Shown: one piece after another, positions 56,742 through 64,000 of the stretch | How positions within the stretch are numbered: position 1 is the first letter of the stretch | Layout of the letters: each line of letters begins with the position of its first letter | Source of the DNA: Eledone cirrhosa | Lineage: Eukaryota | Assembly: GCA_964016885.1 (NCBI GenBank) | Contig: OZ024745.1 | Span: 130,572,001 to 130,636,000 of the forward strand | Length of the DNA stretch: 64,000 nucleotides | Direction of reading: 5' to 3' | Made by a program: the position numbers and the translations under genes | The notes under the pieces: model-generated | Told to the model about the DNA's origin: nothing | Seen by the model: only the letters and a program-made list of their open reading frames with translations | Databases searched by the model: none

Positions 56742-58004
56742 ATGTATTATATGAGCACCTACTAAAAGGTTACGGTATAAGAGTAATAAAATGTTGGTGT
56801 GCTAATGATATTTTCCTCCATATTACTGAACATAGTTATATCTGTCGGCTAAAATTCTAAACTATATTATAGTGATGTAGGAATATTATTTGCACTGAAC
56901 GAGATATGAGAGCAATGGGGAATTTAGCTTAATCTAAATCAAGAAACGAATTCATTTAAATTATTCAGAGTGGCAAAAATAGCACACTAAGGATACATAA
57001 TTAAAAGCATCAGAGAATGAAAGATAACATTATAGAAATGTAATATAGAGGAAGTAACGCTACAGATGTGTTGGAGAAGATAGACAAAGCGAACGGAAGA
57101 GAAAGAACAAAAATATATATTCACATGAAAGAATAAAAGGTATGAAAATCATACCTTTTATTAATAACTGCATAGAAATAACTATGCCAAGATGGTGCCG
57201 GAAATGACTGATATATTATAAAATGAAACTGCAAACATACAATAGATAACAGAGAAAGAAAATGGGCAAATAAACAGCATTAATATAACGAGGTGAACAT
57301 TTTAAAATATTTTTATTTTCATTACGCAGCATGTCTTTGTTGAAATAATGACACTCATATTCTAAATATTAATTGGAGCATTGCGACAATATTTGTATAC
57401 ATAGCTATAAGAGTATTGAAATTTGGTTTGTAAGTGAACCATTCTTAAACGACTATTCATAATCTACGTCAGCTAATTCCTTAGAAATACGTATGATACA
57501 GGAATGTGAAGCATTAAATTTAATTAAAAGAGTCCACAATAAAGTTGTCCATCATATTTGCTGTATGAAATGATTTGGAATATTTCAAATCAATTATACA
57601 CACACATACTTCATTGAAACTCCAATTAGAATCAATAACCAATTAAGGATATTTATTTTCTTTCAGTTTACAGGTAAATATCAAAAGCATGTATATCATT
57701 GGTCCCAAATAATAGGGGGGAAATAAGCTAGGGGCGGAAAAATTTGTAATTTTTCTAGATTGTCTCCGTTGAATTTTTCCAAAACCAGGATTAATCGTTT
57801 AGTTTACATATTGAGACAATAAACCATCCTGAATTGAATACATTTTTTGTATTTAAAATGACATTTCATACTTCCTCTAATTTTACAAGCACTTCAACTT
57901 CAATTTAGAGTATATGTATTATCAAAGCGAAAATATATCAGCATATATACGTGTGTGTGAGGGTGCGGCTGTGTATCACTTTATCTCTCTCTCTACCACT
58001 CTCC

Positions 58005-58087
<83 letters not shown>

Positions 58088-58165
58088 GGTGAAATTGGAA
58101 ATATCACGGAAAATATATTTAAGGGTGTGTTTTTCTTTTTTTCCTTTCTTTGATTCGTTAAAGTG

Positions 58166-58245
<80 letters not shown>

Positions 58246-58772
58246 AATCTGTAAATACGAAACTCTTGCTCACAAAATCAATTTATATGTTTCTATATTA
58301 TTGTTCAGTCGAATAGGAGGGTAATTATGTGCAAACATTGATAATGCTCCGATGACTTCAAACGAGAGTTTGGAAGAAACAATTGTCAGCTAATAAATGA
58401 TTTGAACACAACATATATATATATATATAAGTATGTATACGTACATACATATATGTATACAGACGTACAGTAGTATATATATATACGTATGGATTCACCG
58501 ACCATTTATTGTAATGCTCGGTGTGTTTGTAAACAAACATCCCGAATTAAGCCGTACAGTGTCTAGCAGCCATCGTTGCTCATTTGTTCAACACTGACAA
58601 AGGAACGCTGTACTAGTTTCAAGCTTATTAGCTATCGTCAGCAACGTATACCTTCCTGCCAGATGATTGAACGCCTGAAAGTATATACTTTCCTTATGCA
58701 TATTAACGGCTGAGCAGCCTAATTTGCATATCGAGTGAGTTAATCGGCCGCGGTACCGAAAACGATAAACGG

Positions 58773-58851
58773 AAAAAATGAAACGAAATTTCATTCTCAC
58801 TCTTGGTACGGCCGTACTAAGAGTGAGAAATGAAATTTCGTTACATTTTTT
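58773..58851. repeat. About 78-bp imperfect palindrome centred on CGGCCG
   Basis: AAATGAAACGAAATTTCATTCTCACTCTTGGTACGG|CCGTACTAAGAGTGAGAAATGAAATTTCGTTACATTT. One arm alone at about 41346-41385. Confidence 0.88.
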
Positions 58852-58868
58852 ATATATATACACACACA

Positions 58869-58907
<39 letters not shown>

Positions 58908-58959
58908 CAAGGATATAGTCGCACTCTCTCGCAAAATATTTCGTGGACATTGTTAAAAG

Positions 58960-59152
58960 TCTAGCAATTTTGGAGTAGGGAAAAATCGATTAAGTGGACC
59001 CATTGCGTGACTGGTACTTTATTTTATCGACCCCGTAAGGATGAAAGGAAAAGTTAACCTCGGACGGATTTGAACTCAGATCATAAAGGGCCGTAACTCT
59101 ATGCTGCAAAGCATGGCGTCCGATCCTCTACCGATACTTCCAATCGACCGCC
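58960..59152 (-). mobile_element. tRNA-derived SINE (long-tail subtype), tandem pair
   Basis: Match to the family. ATTGTTAA occurs before, between and after the pair. Confidence 0.88.
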
Positions 59153-59164
59153 ATTGTTAATAAG

Positions 59165-59336
59165 TGTTTCTACTTTTTGCACAAGGCCAGTAATTATTGG
59201 TACTTTATTTTATCGACCCCGTAAGGATGAAAGGCAAAGTTAACCTCGGCGGGATTTGAACTCAGAATGGCAAGGGCCGTAACTCTATGCGTCAAAGCAT
59301 GGCGTCCGACCCTCTACCGATACTGCCAATCCACCA
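59165..59336 (-). mobile_element. tRNA-derived SINE, tandem pair
   Basis: Shares diagnostic CTCAGAATGGCAAGGG / GCGTCAAAGC variants with the 56553 copy. Confidence 0.9.
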
Positions 59337-59459
59337 ATTGTTAATAATGACAGTTATTCTTTATTATCACAACCTGTACGTGCATCCTTATATGCCTAAT
59401 CATCAGTTTTGAATGATTATATATAAATATGGACATTTTTTCCACATGCGTGTACAACT

Positions 59460-59547
<88 letters not shown>

Positions 59548-60197
59548 AATATATTGCGTAATTTTTAACTGCTGTCATACCTTTTGTATATTTCTAGTAG
59601 ATTTCGTCTTGTATTTAATTACATTTGTTTTATTTTGTTTGTGTGTGTTTTTGTTTTGTTTGAATGTTTTACCCTTTACATGATAAGTCAACGAAAAATT
59701 TCGTTTGGAAGAAAAGATTGAGTTCAAAAGAATTCCATTTGCATAAATAACTCTAATGAGGCTGTTTATGATAATGGCATCACAGGGTTTCTATGAATGA
59801 AACCTGGAAATAAGGCATGAATTTCCTATAATTTTCTTTTTCTTTGCTTTAGTTTTGACAAGCCATTATATAAATGTCACCAACGGTCTAGACATAACGA
59901 AAGCAACGACATTGCATATACGTTCAATGGTGGATTGAGAAAGCCACAGCATACGATACAAATACACATTCTATATCAATGTATAATAGTTATGTTGTCA
60001 GTGTGATTATGATGCTTATAGAAAGGATACGTTATGTAATCTATTCGTACGCATCTTACAGCACATACGCTACAAGCACGCACACAAACGAACACACACA
60101 CACACACACAAACATATATATATATATATATGTGTGTATCTATAAATATTTATCTACACACACAATCAACACACACAATCAACACACACACACACAG

Positions 60198-60233
<36 letters not shown>

Positions 60234-60255
60234 ACTCACGAACACACACACACAA

Positions 60256-60287
<32 letters not shown>

Positions 60288-60491
60288 TGTTATACTTGGG
60301 GAGGGTCATATTTGTGTAATATTGCCAGAATTAATAACAGAACACACTCACTGTTTGGTTGGTTTTCGCTTTTCGCTTCTGTGTCTTTTATATCGGTAAT
60401 CTAATTTATTCGGTCCTCAATGTTGCCATTGACTGACCAACGGTCAAAAATAATACAGATACAATATAGACACAAACACATATATATAGTT

Positions 60492-60535
60492 CATCAAAGT
60501 TCTTTCGTTGCACATCTGCAACAACGTCAGTGGTG
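60492..60535 (-). ncRNA. Family A-related hammerhead motif with one core change
   Basis: Minus strand CACCA-CTGACGT-T-GTTGCA(gatg)TGCAAC-GAAA-GAAC-TT-TGATG. The surrounding repeat starts at about 60284 (ATATTGTTATACTTGGGAGGGTCAT), with an inverted end copy at about 63894-63956. Confidence 0.65.
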
Positions 60536-60696
60536 CTATTGTTTCCTCCCGTTACATTGTATGTCTACGCCATTTTTATTTAGTCTGTCTATATATATAT
60601 TTATTTATTTGTTTGTTTGTTTATCTTATTTTGTCTTCTTTTGTATTGTTTCGACACACGATTTCATATAAAAAACCTCGCAAAACTAATTCATCG

Positions 60697-60769
<73 letters not shown>

Positions 60770-60772
<3 letters not shown>

Positions 60773-60976
60773 AATAATAATAAATTTGAAGACTAAAATC
60801 CAAAGAGGGCTCGATAAGGGTAAATATATATCAGATATATAAGAACCGTAGAGCAAATATTTATTAAAATAACAGATTAAAGTTTAAGCAAAGAATCGCT
60901 GCTTTCACCCTTAACGGGATCTTCTGAAACTCAGAGTTTCTTTGCTTAAACTTGAATCTGTTATTTTAATAAATAT
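60770..60976. mobile_element. Family B element with short fold-back arm
   Basis: Homologous to 24800-25020, and turns back after CTTCTGAAACTCAGAG. Confidence 0.78.
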
Positions 60977-60985
60977 ATATATAAT

Positions 60986-61016
<31 letters not shown>

Positions 61017-61067
61017 GGGGGGGGGGGGGGGTAGATAAATATTTATATATACACATATATATATACA

Positions 61068-61140
61068 CTAGCAGAATGGCCGGCGTTGCTCAGGATTCTA
61101 AACATAGATTGGCATGTTTATCCCTCCTTTCTGAAACAGT
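61068..61140 (-). mobile_element. Helitron-like 3' end (same family as 41646)
   Basis: ACTAGCAGAATGGCCGGCGTTGCTCAGGATTCTAAACATAGATTGGCATGTTTATCCCTCC. Confidence 0.7.
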
Positions 61141-61527
61141 TTCGACGTATGTTCACCAATTGATACAGAAGTCCTAATAAAAAGGGAAATCACCTTGGGT
61201 GAATAGGCAAATAATTTTTCATTAAGATTTTTTTAAATCCTGTAATTGCGTTCTCTATTTTTTTTTTTTTTTTGTTATTATTGTTGATGTTGGTGTGATA
61301 GCGGCCGTTGGTCGTACTAATAACACAGTCTCCTTCTTCAGCCAATCGTGTATATCCCCTTCTGCCTCGTCAGCAATGAGAACATTATTTGCTCTAGGGT
61401 TCTCATATATTTGATACATATTTATCATTATCGAGCCTCGTGAAATAAATACGTTTGTTTATATTTTGTTATTGTGTATGCAAAAATATCTGTACAAGTA
61501 TATATAATTAAGAATGTCTGTATGTCT

Positions 61528-61858
61528 GTCTGACTGACTCCCTAAAACTTGAAAACCACCCAACTGATTTTTTTAAAACTTTACACATGTAATACTTATG
61601 GTCGTGTGAGTATTTTGAGCAAAATATATTTCAAATTTTCAATATCCTGGGGACCGCATTAGGCGCCGAACGTCACGCCCTTATAATATCTGTCTGTATG
61701 TCTGATGTCTGCATTACGTCATTATGGCATTATCTGTGTGTGTGTGTATATATATTCTGAAACTAAAAACATCAATCTGTGAACGCAGAAGTAAATATTC
61801 CGTAAAACGTGACACACTATATATATACACACACACTATATATATATACACACACACG

Positions 61859-61949
<91 letters not shown>

Positions 61950-62168
61950 AAGAGAGAGAGAGATAGCGTCATAATGTTGTAATGCAGACAGGCAGACATA
62001 CAGACAGATATTATAAGGGCGCGACGTTCGGAGCCTAATGCGGTCCCTAGGACATGGAAAATTTGAAATATGTTTTGCTCAAAACACTCACAGGACCATA
62101 AATATTACATGTGTAAAGTTTGAAAACAATCGGTTGGGTGGCTCTAGAGTTTTATGAGTGACACAGAT
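61528..62168. mobile_element. About 210-bp inverted repeats (61528-61736 and 61960-62168) around a TA/GA spacer
   Basis: For example GGGACCGCATTAGGCGCCGAACGTCACGCCCTTATAATATCTGTCTGTATGTCTG pairs with CAGACATACAGACAGATATTATAAGGGCGCGACGTTCGGAGCCTAATGCGGTCCC. Confidence 0.85.
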
Positions 62169-62233
62169 AAATAGATATGGAGTTGTTGAATGTGTGTGTA
62201 GATAAATATATATATATACATTTATATATATAT

Positions 62234-62299
62234 ATTTCGTTTCTGAATTTGTTTAGCAAGATTCTTTATTGGCAACATGACCCTCCCAAAGTATAACAA

Positions 62300-62303
<4 letters not shown>
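62234..62303. mobile_element. Internally deleted derivative of the family A fold-back element
   Basis: Left end of 23634 joined directly to the right end of 23986 at a TTCTT(T)AT microhomology. Confidence 0.8.
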
Positions 62304-62351
<48 letters not shown>

Positions 62352-62567
62352 GTGTGGGAGGCTTAAAGCAGTGGAACCTCTGCTTCATAGAATCGAGACG
62401 TATCTGAGGATGTTGCGATTTCAGAGTATGGTTCGATCATTACATCAATCATGCTTCGAGCTGGTCGTCAGAGAAACGATTGTAATATGTCTAATAAATG
62501 TTATTCGTCGCAACACTAATTCTCCGTTTCTTATGGCCTCAGCCGGATGGCTGAAACAGGTAAAAGA

Positions 62568-62611
<44 letters not shown>

Positions 62612-62943
62612 CTATATACTAAAGCTGGTCACAATATATATATCTATATACTAAAGCTGGTCATAATGAAGAGATATAGTGCTGGTATTCTGTTGAAATT
62701 ACTACTTTCCATATAAGGAATATATTCGTTATCTCCTACGAGTGCAGCAGTCTGATGTTTTATGCATTGCCCTGGAACTACGCGTTCATTATGTACAGTA
62801 TTTTGTATACTTTGATTATGTAACGACTTAAGACCCGGGGTTAAATGACAGTCGGAATAGTTTTATGTCAGTTGAAATTATTATTAAACATAATATTTAT
62901 AATATTCTATATTTTCTTCTTAACATTCTTCAATTTTTTAAAT

Positions 62944-63130
62944 AATTGTTTCTACTTTTGGCACAAGGCCAGCAATTATTCCCGTGCATTACTGGTACTT
63001 TATTTTATCGACCCCGTAAGGATGAAAGGCAAAGTTAACCACGGCGGGATTTGAACTCAGATCATAAAGGGCCGTAACTCTATCCTACAAAGCATGGTGT
63101 CCGACTCTCTGCCAATACGGCCAATTCACT
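62944..63130 (-). mobile_element. tRNA-derived SINE (major family)
   Basis: Full-length match. Confidence 0.9.
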
Positions 63131-63504
63131 TTTAAATAATATTTTGTGTTACCTAGATTTCTGGCAAAGTAATGAAAATAAAATCCATTTTCCTGACGGC
63201 AGAATATACATTCTTCTAAATATTGTATAAGAGTAACCTAGAAAGATGGGACATTGTTTTCTGTTTTCATTGCTTAATGTTCCATGGTACATAGGAGAGT
63301 AACTGAGGGGGACAATAGTGCATTTGCAAAGGGATCATATTACCTGAGCTGGACAAGTGTCGACGGCCTTGTACCCCTTGGATGATGTGTTATGAGCTGC
63401 AGTTGCTGACATAGAAGTAACACGGTTCGTGGACTTCAAAACGGTAAACAAGCCGGTGAAGGAAGGTATATGTTTAATGAATCTAAAGTCTAATGTCTGT
63501 CTCA

Positions 63505-63871
63505 AGCCAGGAGACTCGTCAGGCCGGTACTTATCCCTGTTTCGTGCCGTGGAGCGACTGAGAGTACAAGTCTCCCACCTGGATAGGACGCCAGTCTATC
63601 ACAGCGTTAAAGTCTGCCAAGAGCCAGGCGGCACGTCAGGCCGTTGCTTATCCCTGTTTCGTGGCGTGAAGCGACTGAGAGTACAAGTCTCCTCACACAA
63701 GAAGCCAATCCGTCGTAATTGCTGCTACTCATTTTCAGCTGAGTATACGGGAGCAACATAAAATGAAGTGTTTTGCTCGAGAACAAAACACACAACCCTA
63801 TCCATGAATTGAACCCACGACATTGTGTTCGTATGTCAAACAGCCTTACCACTAGGCCACATGCCTCCACA
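63505..63871 (-). mobile_element. tRNA-derived CORE-type SINE with duplicated 3' segment
   Basis: Minus strand TGTGGCCTAGTGGTAAGG (A box), GGTTCAATTC (B box), GTTCTCGAGCAAAACACTT (CORE-like). 63505-63575 is duplicated at 63620-63692. Confidence 0.75.
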
Positions 63872-63949
63872 TTTAATGAATAGGAAAGTTAAAATGTGTT
63901 CTGTTATTAATTCTGGCAATATTACACAAATATAACCCTCTCCAAATAT

Positions 63950-64000
<51 letters not shown>

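Noticed and set aside
57132-57162. 14-bp stem hairpin AATAAAAGGTATGA/TCATACCTTTTATT as a terminator
   Set aside because: Intrinsic terminators do not apply in this eukaryotic context; it is an isolated AT-rich micro-inversion with no other support.
62520-62570. CAGCC-ggat-GGCTGAAAC as a hammerhead
   Set aside because: No CUGANGA core. It resembles a LINE/SINE 3'-terminal stem-loop and tail instead.

Overview
AT-rich eukaryotic non-coding DNA (intergenic or intronic) with no supportable intact host gene. Nearly all ORF-track entries are translations of (TA)n, (CA)n, (CAT)n, (GGT)n or (AAG)n microsatellites. The repeat content resembles an octopus or other coleoid cephalopod genome (my recollection, not a search result). 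Contents: about 20 full or partial copies of one tRNA-derived SINE; two CORE-type SINEs; an RTE-derived repeat family; decayed fragments of R4/Dong, RTE and Penelope-like (PLE) retroelements; a decayed DD37D Tc1/mariner transposase; hAT, piggyBac and pogo-like MITEs; non-autonomous Helitrons; and 36-bp and 41-bp minisatellites. The main signal is a set of short elements sitting in (TA)n tracts. At least six distinct sequence families carry minimal type-I hammerhead ribozyme (HHR) motifs (stem I - CUGANGA - stem II - GAAA - short or palindromic stem III - UH - stem I'). Most occur as fold-back inverted repeats, including a near-perfect 344-bp ribozyme/anti-ribozyme palindrome, and one lies directly downstream of a PLE reverse-transcriptase fragment. 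Coordinates were read by eye and may be off by a few bases.
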